Source: Candidatus Marinacidobacterales bacterium (GTDB taxonomy: Bacteria > Acidobacteriota > Vicinamibacteria > Marinacidobacterales > DATDRI01). From it: a stretch of DNA of 64,000 bases. The notes under the pieces were generated by a model. That model made no database searches. It saw nothing but the letters and a program-made list of their open reading frames with translations, and was not told the DNA's origin. Every line of letters begins with the position of its first letter. The stretch's first letter is position 1. A program made the translations under genes and the position numbers. Below are positions 18,141 through 27,200 of this stretch, one piece after another. The stretch spans positions 5,920,001-5,984,000 of the forward strand of contig OZ245365.1 of the NCBI GenBank assembly GCA_965226495.1, written 5' to 3'.

Positions 18141-20063
18141 TTAGTTTTTGAGATTTTCTTTGATATCCAGGTTGCGGATAAGACGATGGAGGTAGTTGGG
18201 ATGGAGACCGAGGAATTTTGCGGCCTCGGTGTAATTACCGCCGGATTGCTTGACCGCCTCGATGATCAATTCCTTTTTCTTCTCGCTGACCGCATCGTGG
18301 TACTTCGTCAGGGAGGTGCCGGACGCGGGACCCGTTTCGGTCAGCGTTTCCGGCAAGTCTTCCGGCAATATCACATCGGTCGAGCCTAGGACGACCGAGC
18401 GTTCGATGGCGTTTTCCAGTTCTCTGATGTTGCCCGGCCAACGATAGCGTTCCAACATCTTTACCGCTTCGGCCGAGAGGCCGGTAACCCGCCTCTTCGT
18501 TTTCCCGCTGTACTTCGATGTGAAATAGCTTGCAAGCGTCGAGATGTCTTCGCGACGCTCCCGAAGGGGTGGCAGCGTGATGGCCACGACGTTGAGACGA
18601 TGGAAGAGATCTTCGCGGAAGGCCCCCTTCTTTACTTCCTCCGCCAGATCGCGGTTGGTGGCGGCGACGAGCCGGATGTCCACTCGAATGGGCCGGGTTC
18701 CGCCCACCCGGTCGAACTCGCGATCCTGCAGCACCCGTAGCAACTTCGCTTGGAGAGAGGCGGGAAGCTCGCCAATCTCATCCAAGAAAGCCGTTCCTCC
18801 GTTGGCAATTTCTAGCTTGCCCTTCTTCTGGGCGATGGCTCCCGTAAAGGCCCCCCTCTCGTGTCCGAAGAGCTCACTTTCCAAGAGGTTTTCCGTCAGG
18901 GTCGCGCAATCGATCTTCACCAGTGGCTTGCGCGCCCGACGGCTATTGATATGAAGCGCCCGCGCGACGAGCTCCTTTCCCGTACCACTTTCTCCATGGA
19001 TGAGGACGGTGGCGTCGGTGGGGGCCACCTTGGCGATAAACCGATAGACTTCCCGAAGGCGGGGGCTTTCACCCACCATGTTGTGCTCGAGATCGTAATC
19101 ATCTCGCAACCGGAGGTTTTCTGACTGCAAGTCGTCCAAGCGATACACGTTTTGCAGGGCCGCGGCCGCGATTCCAGCAATCGCGGTCAAGAGCTCGAGT
19201 TGGTCTTCGTGGAACTCGGCCTCGGGGTCCTGGGAATCGAGGTAAATGGCACCGATCACACGCTCCGAGCGAATGAGCGGCAGGCAAAACACAGACTGGA
19301 TGCCGCGTCCGATGAGGCTCTTGGCGTCACGAAACTTCGCACTCTCCTCGAGACGATTGCTCAGGATCGCTGCTTTTTCGTTAATCGCTTGGGCGACGAT
19401 GGTCCGGCTCACTTGAACCGACTGTTTCCCGGAATGGTCCAAACCGAAGGATGTGACGAACTCCTTCGAATTTTCTCCGGGACCGAGCAATATAGCTCCC
19501 CTCTGAGCCGGTACGATGGCGAAGATCTGCTCGAGAATCGTTCGTTGAAGGGCGTTGACGTCTTGTTCCGACGCGAGCGCGTTGCTTACTTTTAGCAGGG
19601 CGCTCAAATCCCGTTCTACGCGGGCCGGCGGAATCTTCGCCGAGTGGAGTTTGCTGGGATTCAAATATACGGCATCGTCTCGGCGGAGCCGCACGGTCGG
19701 ACCAAACGGAGATGCCTCCTCGGCCAATTCAACTTCGGCCGACGGCGTCGCATCCACCTCGTGGAGCAGGAACAAGAACATAGCGCCGGCGAAGCCGATG
19801 CGATCCTCGTGCTCGAGCAATTGCTCTTTGATGGGGACCCCGTTAACGAAGGTTCCGTTGTGGCTACCTAGATCGATGACTTTGAACTGCCCGTTCTGGT
19901 TCCTGATGACGCAGTGCTCTCTCGAAATCCAATGTTCGTTGATGCAGACCAGGTTCTCCGGGTCCCGTCCGATGGAGGTCTCCTCTTCTTCAAGCGGGAT
20001 GACGGTTCCCTGGAGTCGGCCACTGACCGCTACTAATCGGGGAATCGTGGTGTCGTTTCCCAT
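18141..20063 (-). CDS. FHA-GAF-AAA+ sigma54-dependent transcriptional activator
   Basis: [24 protein letters not shown]; GAF; [40 protein letters not shown]; Fis-type HTH. Confidence 0.93.
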   Translation of the reverse strand: MGNDTTIPRLVAVSGRLQGTVIPLEEEETSIGRDPENLVCINEHWISREHCVIRNQNGQFKVIDLGSHNGTFVNGVPIKEQLLEHEDRIGFAGAMFLFLLHEVDATPSAEVELAEEASPFGPTVRLRRDDAVYLNPSKLHSAKIPPARVERDLSALLKVSNALASEQDVNALQRTILEQIFAIVPAQRGAILLGPGENSKEFVTSFGLDHSGKQSVQVSRTIVAQAINEKAAILSNRLEESAKFRDAKSLIGRGIQSVFCLPLIRSERVIGAIYLDSQDPEAEFHEDQLELLTAIAGIAAAALQNVYRLDDLQSENLRLRDDYDLEHNMVGESPRLREVYRFIAKVAPTDATVLIHGESGTGKELVARALHINSRRARKPLVKIDCATLTENLLESELFGHERGAFTGAIAQKKGKLEIANGGTAFLDEIGELPASLQAKLLRVLQDREFDRVGGTRPIRVDIRLVAATNRDLAEEVKKGAFREDLFHRLNVVAITLPPLRERREDISTLASYFTSKYSGKTKRRVTGLSAEAVKMLERYRWPGNIRELENAIERSVVLGSTDVILPEDLPETLTETGPASGTSLTKYHDAVSEKKKELIIEAVKQSGGNYTEAAKFLGLHPNYLHRLIRNLDIKENLKN

Positions 20064-20195
20064 TCACTCCCTCTGAAAGTTGTCTGAGGTCCGCGTATCG
20101 GCAAAGCGTACCAATTGGATAGCTGGACTTCAATTGTCTTCCATTGTCGGGGCTCGTATCCGACGATCGTACTGAAATCTTGCCATAATGGCGGA

Positions 20196-21044
20196 ATGAC
20201 ACATCGATCACTTCGGGTGGGGCAGATTCTCGCTGTTGCCACTCTCTGCGGAGTCGGTGCGTCAGCCGAAGAGCTTCGTTCGGAAGCGTTACGTGCCTGG
20301 GACGCCTATGTGGAGCTGACCGAGCAAAGAATCGCCGAGGAACTGGAGAGCGAAGAAGGGTTCTTGGTGATGGATTTCTTGCCGCCCGCCGATGCGAGCC
20401 GGGCCCAGGAGGTTATGTTTTCGAGGGACGTCTTCGTTTTGAAAATGGAGACACGTAACGAGGAGGGACGAAAGATCGAAGTTCCGGACGGGATGATCCA
20501 TCATTGGTATGGATCCATCTTCGTGCCCGGAGCGGCGCTTCTAGACGTCATCGCGTGGGAGCAGAACTATGCCCAGCACTCCGATTATTTCGACGAGGTG
20601 GTGGAGTCCCGACTCCTGTCCCGCGAAGAAGACGTCTTTAGTGTTTTCCTCAAACTGAGGCGGAAAAAGGTCATTACCGTGCAGTACAACACCGAGCACC
20701 TCGTGGTCTACGCAAGCTATGGACCGACGCGGGCTTCCAGCAAGAGTGAGGCTACTCGCATCGCCGAGCTCGAGGACCCCGGAACGCCCCGGGAGCGGGA
20801 GAAATCGCCAGGACTGGACAGTGGCTTCCTCTGGAAGTTGAACTCTTACTGGCGGTTCAAGGAACTACCCGGCGGCGTCGCGATCGAGTGCGAATCGGTG
20901 AGCCTGAGTCGAGGTATCCCTTCCGGCCTCGCGTGGATGCTTCGAACCTACGTGGAGTCGGTGCCGAAGGAGTCACTCGAAAAAGCTCTGGTGCCCATCC
21001 AACGTAGTCTGGGTAGCGCGTCCAATGAAAAGGACGGCCGGTAG
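20196..21044 (+). CDS. Uncharacterised secreted protein (paralog of 23262-24146)
   Basis: Signal peptide; shares HHW, YNTEH, GFLWxLNSYWR and ECESxxLSRGIP blocks with the downstream paralog. Confidence 0.82.
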   Translation: MTHRSLRVGQILAVATLCGVGASAEELRSEALRAWDAYVELTEQRIAEELESEEGFLVMDFLPPADASRAQEVMFSRDVFVLKMETRNEEGRKIEVPDGMIHHWYGSIFVPGAALLDVIAWEQNYAQHSDYFDEVVESRLLSREEDVFSVFLKLRRKKVITVQYNTEHLVVYASYGPTRASSKSEATRIAELEDPGTPREREKSPGLDSGFLWKLNSYWRFKELPGGVAIECESVSLSRGIPSGLAWMLRTYVESVPKESLEKALVPIQRSLGSASNEKDGR

Positions 21045-21061
21045 GAAATTCAGATAGCGAT

Positions 21062-21077
21062 CTATCCGATCGGATAG
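21062..21077. promoter_or_regulatory. Perfect 16-bp palindrome, candidate sigma54 upstream activator site
   Basis: CTATCCGATCGGATAG, about 105 bp upstream of the -24 element; extra half-site CAGATAG at 21051-21057. Confidence 0.55.
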
Positions 21078-21182
21078 CTCCCGGCGTTCTCCGACCCTTC
21101 GGCAATGCTAAGCCGACGCCCCAACCTCCTCTGTACCAAGGAATTAGTGGAGGGGTGCACAATCGGGCCAAGGGCCGCTTCC

Positions 21183-21198
21183 TGGTACGCCCATTGCA
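21183..21198 (+). promoter_or_regulatory. Sigma54 (-24/-12) promoter
   Basis: TGGTAC-GCCCA-TTGCA matches TGGYAC-N5-TTGCW; upstream of RBS AAGGAGG and ATG 21264. Confidence 0.75.
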
Positions 21199-21263
21199 CT
21201 CTAGTTCCGTGGGACGCGGCATCTTCGCTCGCCCCCCCATTGATATCGACAAGGAGGAATCGG

Positions 21264-22013
21264 ATGAATGAAACGAATATCGGTCACTCCCGAGTGAACA
21301 CAAGCCTGACCGCCGGAGTCGAGAAACGGGCGCTGGTCTGGTTGGCTCGACGTGCGCCGTCCTGGGTGAACTCCGATCACCTGACGCTTCTGGGGCTGGC
21401 CGCGATGTTTTTGGCCGGTTTCAGTTATTGGGCCGCGCAGTGGAACCCGTACCTGCTTTTCGGAGTCGTCATCGCTTTGGTTCTCAATTGGTTGGGTGAC
21501 AGTATGGACGGCACGCTGGCCCGAGTCCGGGATCGGCAACGACCTCGCTACGGTTTTTACGTCGACCACATCGTGGACGTCTTTGGGGCGGCGGCTGTTC
21601 TCATCGGGTTGGCTCTTTCCCCGTACATGAGCTCTATGGTGGCCTTGGGGCTGCTACTCGTCTACCTGATGCTTTCCGCTGAAATCTACTTGGCGACGCA
21701 TACCGTCGGGACATTCAAGATCTCTTACTGGATCTTCGGAGGTACGGAGCTACGCATCGTGCTGGCCGCCGGGACAGTGTACGCGCTCTATCGTCCTGAA
21801 GTGATCTTGGCCGGAACGACCTACCTTCTCTTTGATGTTGCCGGCGTCATCGCTATCGCTTGTCTCGGTGTGACGCTTCTCGTTTCGGTATTTCGGAATA
21901 CCCGAACTCTGTACTTCGCCGAGCGGCTTGCCCCGCTGCGCCAAGCCCATTCGAAGCCGATGATGGTGCGCTCATCCGGCACGCCCATCCGACAGCGTGG
22001 CTTCGTAGCATGA
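21264..22013 (+). CDS. CDP-alcohol phosphatidyltransferase family protein
   Basis: Signature DSMDGTLARVRDRQRPRYGFYVDHIVD; multiple TM helices; strong RBS. Confidence 0.9.
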   Translation: MNETNIGHSRVNTSLTAGVEKRALVWLARRAPSWVNSDHLTLLGLAAMFLAGFSYWAAQWNPYLLFGVVIALVLNWLGDSMDGTLARVRDRQRPRYGFYVDHIVDVFGAAAVLIGLALSPYMSSMVALGLLLVYLMLSAEIYLATHTVGTFKISYWIFGGTELRIVLAAGTVYALYRPEVILAGTTYLLFDVAGVIAIACLGVTLLVSVFRNTRTLYFAERLAPLRQAHSKPMMVRSSGTPIRQRGFVA

Positions 22014-22456
22014 GGTCCCCACTGTTCAGGCGATGGATCAAATTCAACTTCATTGGTGGCATGGGCGTCGCGGTACAGTTCATCGTCCTGAGTGTTCTTG
22101 CCGGTTCGGTAGGATTGCACTATCTCGTAGCAACCGCTTTGGCTGTAGAGACGGCAGTGCTTCACAACTTCGTCTGGCATGAGCGATGGACCTGGGTGGA
22201 CCGTCGAGGGGCGCACCGCAGCACAAGGGTCGAGCGACTCGTACGCTTCCACCTTGCGAACGGAGCCTTTTCCATTTTGTCCAACCTCGTGTTCACGGGA
22301 GCGTTCGTCGAATTTCTGGGTCTTCACTATCTTGTTGCGAACTTGCTCAGCATCGCGATGTGCTCCGTTCTCAATTTCCTCGTCAGCGATCGATTCGTAT
22401 TCGCCGTTCCCGCGACCGAGGTTCCAGTGGCACCTTGCGGATACTCCAATGAGTGA
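22010..22456 (+). CDS. GtrA family membrane protein
   Basis: IKFNFIGGMG..HYLVAT..AVLHNFVWHERWTW..LNFLVSDRFVF, four TM helices; ATGA overlap with the upstream gene. Confidence 0.88.
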   Translation: MRSPLFRRWIKFNFIGGMGVAVQFIVLSVLAGSVGLHYLVATALAVETAVLHNFVWHERWTWVDRRGAHRSTRVERLVRFHLANGAFSILSNLVFTGAFVEFLGLHYLVANLLSIAMCSVLNFLVSDRFVFAVPATEVPVAPCGYSNE

Positions 22457-22499
22457 CAACAGGGGGGGCTGTGATTAGAAAGACTCTTAGTCCGTTTTT

Positions 22500-22574
22500 C
22501 CCTCTCCCTCTGGGAGAGGGTGGCGTCAAGGAACGCGGTGCCCCAGTCGACGTAATCACACGCCGGGTGAGGGC
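22500..22574. repeat. CCCTCTCCC/GGGAGAGGG...GGGTGAGGG-type REP-like element
   Basis: CCCTCTCCCTCTGGGAGAGGGTGGCGTCAAG...ACGCCGGGTGAGGGC; same family as 43899-44079 (reverse orientation) and 50060-50206. Confidence 0.75.
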
Positions 22575-23265
22575 GAAAGGCTTTCTTTTTTCTCTTTGTC
22601 TTCTCTTACTCCAGGCGGTGTTGCTCTTCAGCATATCGTTGGCGGAGGCCGACGAATCGTCCACCGAGCCGATCCTAGAGCGGATGGCCGAGGCGTCCCG
22701 GGCTCTGACCAGCCTCGAAGCCGATCTCGTGCAAGTGAAGTCGTACCCGCAACTTTCCTTGACCGATCCGCCGGAAATCGGGCGGATCCATCTGCAGCGT
22801 GCGAAGCCGACACGGCTGAGGTTCGAGATCACCGAGCCCGAAAGCCGAATCGTCACGGTGGACGATGGCGAGTACGTTCTCTATCAACCCAAGATCAAGC
22901 AGGCGATGGTGGGGAAACTCGATCCCAACGCGAGCCGAGGTCGAAGTGGGTTCTTGACGTTCCTGGTAGGAGATCTTTCGAGCGCTGAGGAGGATTTCGA
23001 GATCGTTTTGTTGGGTGAAGAAGAGGTGAAGGGTAAGCAGGCCTACCACCTTCGTCTAACCGCTAGGCCGGAGACGGAGAGCATGTACCGGCAAATTGAT
23101 CTCTGGGTCGATCAAGAAATCTGGCTTCCGGTTCGCCAAGAGCTTGTCGAGCTCAATAACAGCGTCAGCAGGATCGATCTCGAGAACGTCGTTCTTAACC
23201 AAATCATCGAGGATAGTGTCTTCAAGCTCGACCTTCCCTCGGATGTGGAACGAGTCAAGGGATGA
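22567..23265 (+). CDS. LolA-like outer-membrane lipoprotein carrier family protein
   Basis: Signal peptide; SLEADLVQ, GRIHLQR, LRFEITEP, IVTVDDG..LYQPKIKQ, IDLWVD, FKLDLP. Start is GTG 22567 or 22453. Confidence 0.8.
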   Translation: MRAKGFLFSLCLLLLQAVLLFSISLAEADESSTEPILERMAEASRALTSLEADLVQVKSYPQLSLTDPPEIGRIHLQRAKPTRLRFEITEPESRIVTVDDGEYVLYQPKIKQAMVGKLDPNASRGRSGFLTFLVGDLSSAEEDFEIVLLGEEEVKGKQAYHLRLTARPETESMYRQIDLWVDQEIWLPVRQELVELNNSVSRIDLENVVLNQIIEDSVFKLDLPSDVERVKG

Positions 23266-24146
23266 GCGCGCCCCGGATTGTCTTGGGATTCGTGTTTCTT
23301 GGCGCGACACTGCTGCCGACTGCTCAAGCGATGGCCGCCAAGCTACAAAGCAAAACCGTCAGGGCCTGGGACCGTTACGTCGCGCTCACCGAAGCAAGGA
23401 TCGAAAACGAGTTGGAATCAGACGATGGTTTTTTGGTGAGAGAGTTCCTTCCAACAGAGCAAGCTGAATGGTGCAAGCAAACGATCGACGAGGGAGGCAT
23501 TTGTGTCGCCGCAATGGAGACTCGTGACAAGGATAGGAGGGCGGTCGGTATTCCATCTGGGATGGTGCATCACTGGATGGGGTCCATCTTCATCCCAGAT
23601 ATCTCGCTCCAAGACCTCTTGGGATGGGTTCAGAACTACTCGCAACACCACGAACGGTTTCCGGAGGTCGAGGAGTCGCGACTCCTTGCTAGGGATGGAG
23701 ACAGTTTCCAGATATTCCTGAGACTGAAGAGACAGAAAGTCGTTACTGTTTTCTACAACACCGAGCATCACGTGGAATACCAGCGCCATGGCTTCAATCA
23801 GGTGTCCAGCCGGAGCGCCGCGACACGGATTGCCCAGCTTGAGAATCCAGGTGAGGCGATAGAGCGCGAGAGACCGGTGGGGGAGGACAGCGGTTTCCTC
23901 TGGAGGCTCAATTCCTACTGGCGATACCAACAGGTCGACGGTGGTGTGATCGTAGAGTGTGAGTCCATCGGACTGAGTCGAGGGATTCCCGTCGCGGTGA
24001 AATGGTTGGTGTCACCCTTCGTGGAATCGGTGCCGCGGGAATCTCTGGAGAGTACGTTGAGTGGTATCTGGCACGGGAGTCGTCGTTTAGCTCTCGAAAT
24101 CCAATTAGGGCCTGGGGCTCCACCCCCAGGCCGGTCGCTCCGGTGA
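23262..24146 (+). CDS. Uncharacterised secreted protein (paralog of 20196-21044)
   Basis: Signal peptide; same conserved blocks as the paralog; ATGA overlap with the LolA-like gene; 3' end runs through a REP copy. Confidence 0.82.
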   Translation: MSAPRIVLGFVFLGATLLPTAQAMAAKLQSKTVRAWDRYVALTEARIENELESDDGFLVREFLPTEQAEWCKQTIDEGGICVAAMETRDKDRRAVGIPSGMVHHWMGSIFIPDISLQDLLGWVQNYSQHHERFPEVEESRLLARDGDSFQIFLRLKRQKVVTVFYNTEHHVEYQRHGFNQVSSRSAATRIAQLENPGEAIERERPVGEDSGFLWRLNSYWRYQQVDGGVIVECESIGLSRGIPVAVKWLVSPFVESVPRESLESTLSGIWHGSRRLALEIQLGPGAPPPGRSLR

Positions 24147-24208
24147 CTTCGCACCTGCGCGACAGCTGAAGGCTCCCCGGGCGACGGCGTCCGACGGCGT
24201 CCGACGGA

Positions 24209-27200
24209 CTAAAACGCGTAGCCGAAACTGAAGTGGAAGCGAGTTAGCTTGTCGCCATCGTGCCGATTCAACACTTCGGCCCAGTCGAATCGAAGCGGGC
24301 CGAACGGTAGGACGACGCGAACTCCCGCACCCGCGGACCATCTCAGGTCACCGAGCCTGATGTTTTTCACCCGCGGGTAGATCTCACCCGTATCGAGGTA
24401 GACGCCCCCGTGAAGGATCTTGTAGATGGGGAAGCGTAACTCCTGGTTCATGATCACCACCGCTTGACCTCCCAAGAAGGCTACGTCCCCGTTTGGAAAC
24501 GAGAGGCTCGGACCCAAGGAGTTGTGCTCGAAGCCCCGGACCGAGTTCGGTCCGCCGGCCTTGAACCGGTCGTCGACAACGAAGAACTGGTCGCTTTCTC
24601 CACGAGCAGTCAGCCCGAGCCGGTAACTCGAAGCCCAAACCAAGTTTCGTCCCAAGGGGTAGAAATAGAAAATCTGACCGTAGAATCGGTAGAAGCTCGT
24701 ATCCGAGCCGAGCCACTCCGGGCCGGCCTGTAGCGTGACATTCCAGAATCGGCCGCGCGTCGGGTTCGCGACGCTGTCCCGTTCGTCTTCGAAGATGGAA
24801 CCGCCCAAACGGCTTCGAAACTCGCCCTCATCTTGAACGTCGATCGAGCGTCCGCGAATGCCCAGAAGGGCAAACTCTCCAACGCTGTAGTTCCACTGGA
24901 TGTTGAGCCTACCTCTCGGTAGCTTCCGGGTTTGCTGGAAGTTGACGCTCCACTGCTGAGCGCGGGCCCCGAGGGTGTTCGTCCCTCTTTCCTCGTCGAT
25001 ACTCGCCTCCGCGTAGAGCTCGGTGCTCAATCGACGGCCGAAGAAGCGAGGCGTCAGATAGGACGCACGGTAGAGCGGTCGGTCCTGGCTAATGATGGCG
25101 GTCATGCTCAGAGTTTCACTACGTCCCAACGGGTTAGGGAAGGTTGCTCGGAGTATGCCCTCTAAGCCTCGGGATTGAGATTCGGGATCGATATCGCCGG
25201 ACTCTCCGGTCTGGCTCACGAAGTTGTAACGCAGTCCATAAGACATATCGAGCAACTCTCGTTCGACTACCTGCACGATGACGTCTCGAGTCTCGGTTCC
25301 CGGTTCGCTCGGTGCGACACGGACGTCTGCGGTCCGGAAGACCCCCAAGTCGTACAAATTGCTACGGCTTTCCTGGAACTTGGAAGTCCTGAGCGGCTCT
25401 CCCTCTTTGAACGTTAGCTCCCTATCGATGACCCATCTTTGGGTCTTCAGGTTGCCGACCACCCGGACGCGCCCGATCCGTACCGGGACCCCCTCGGTAA
25501 TGTCGATGGTGACATCCACCCCATCGGGCACCGCGGTGAGCTCGGATCGGAGCCGGGCGTCCGGAAAGCCCTCGTCTCGGTAGAGGGTTCTGATGTGGGT
25601 CTCGCCCTCGTTCAACTTGGAAAAACTGACCGGGTCGCCCTCTTTTTGACCGAGGGCCTCCCTCAGCTGCTCTTCGGAGAGAAAGGTTGCACCCTCGAAG
25701 CGAATGTTGGCGATCGTTAGGAGTGGCCCCTCGTCGACCAGAATGACGATTCGAAGCTCCCCGGTCTCGAGATCGTACATCGTCCTCGGCTCTTCTACCG
25801 TGGCATACAAGTACCCGATTGACGCGTATCGGAGGCGCAAACCCTTTTCGAGCTCAGACTGTTTGCCATCGATAAGAGAGAAGAAGGTCGACGATGACGT
25901 AGAGGGAAGCGAGTCAGCCAGCTCCGTATCAGAAAGGGATTCGTTGCCCTCGAAGGTGAGCACGACCGCGTTACCGCGTTGGCCTTTCGATACGGTGAAC
26001 ACGATCCGCTGCTTGTCGTCGAGCTCTTCCACACGACTCTCGACTTCCGCCTCAAAATATCGCTGGCTCCTCAACCGCCAGCGCGCGCGCGACGCCAGGT
26101 CGGAGACCAAATAGCTCTCGGGGATTCGTCCATCCCACCTCGCGCGAGTCTGCTTCTTGATGTCCGAGCCAGGGTCGTCTCCTTCCCAAACGAGCTCGGT
26201 TGGTTTCCCGGCGTCTATAGAAAAGAGAAGATCCACCCGCCCGTCCTCTTGGTCGGTTTCGACTTCGACCACCGCGCTTAGAAAGCCCTTTTCGATCAGG
26301 CTCTTTTGGAGTGCGCTGGCATCGTCTTGGGCCTTCCAATAGTCGTAGCGAGCACCGGAGCGAATCTTGAGCCTCTTTCGAAGCTCATTTTCCGGCACCG
26401 GGAAGTCGCCACCGAAGGTGATCTCACCCACGCTGCGCGCCGGTGCCTCGACGATGTCTCCTGACTCGTTCTCCGAGGCTCGCCGCCGTCCTACCCTGAA
26501 CCGGTGAGTGAAGCCGAGCGTGTAATCGATCCCGCTCTCTTGTGTGGCCCGAAGCCATAGGTCTTTGGCGACGCGGTAATCCAGAATCCAAAGCTGCATC
26601 TCCGGCTCGTCCAGCGGCAAGGAGTAGGTAATCGAGAACCTCTCGGTGAGGGGGAATCCCAGAGTCATGCGGCTGGTGGGGTTTCGTTCTTCGGCGAGAA
26701 CGAGGGGGCCCGCGCCGGCGGGAGCTCCGAATGAGAAGACATCTCCCAGCCCGTCGTGGATGAGATTCGCGAACGAAGACATCGCCCACGTCGAGGCCAT
26801 CATCTGGCCTCCCTCGCCGGCATCCGCCAAAGTACGGCCGGTCACCAGAAGCGACATCAGGTCGCCTTCCGTCAGGCTCGAGTCCTCGGGAGAGCGAAGC
26901 TGAATGTTGAGGTCGTTCGGCTCTCCATCGAGCTGGAGCTGGATGACTGTCGCGCCCACCTTGGTGACCATGGAAGCCTGAAGCGTTGGTGGCGAGCGGG
27001 GGAAGCCATCGAAGTCCGCGCGTGCGGAGATGACCTGAAACGAGTTTCGGCCCACCACCAGCGACCCGTCGGGCCGAAGGGAAAGAACACCACTCAGCTC
27101 GGGGGAGTCTACCGTCCCTGCGAGCTTCAGCGTTGCCCCGGCCTCGACGCGCGCTTTGTCGGTGTCGATGCGAACGTCCTCTGGCGTGGTTAGCGAGAGA

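Noticed and set aside
24182-24207. 10-bp tandem repeat CGACGGCGTC (about 2.6 copies)
   Set aside because: Short and isolated between convergent genes; no evidence of function.
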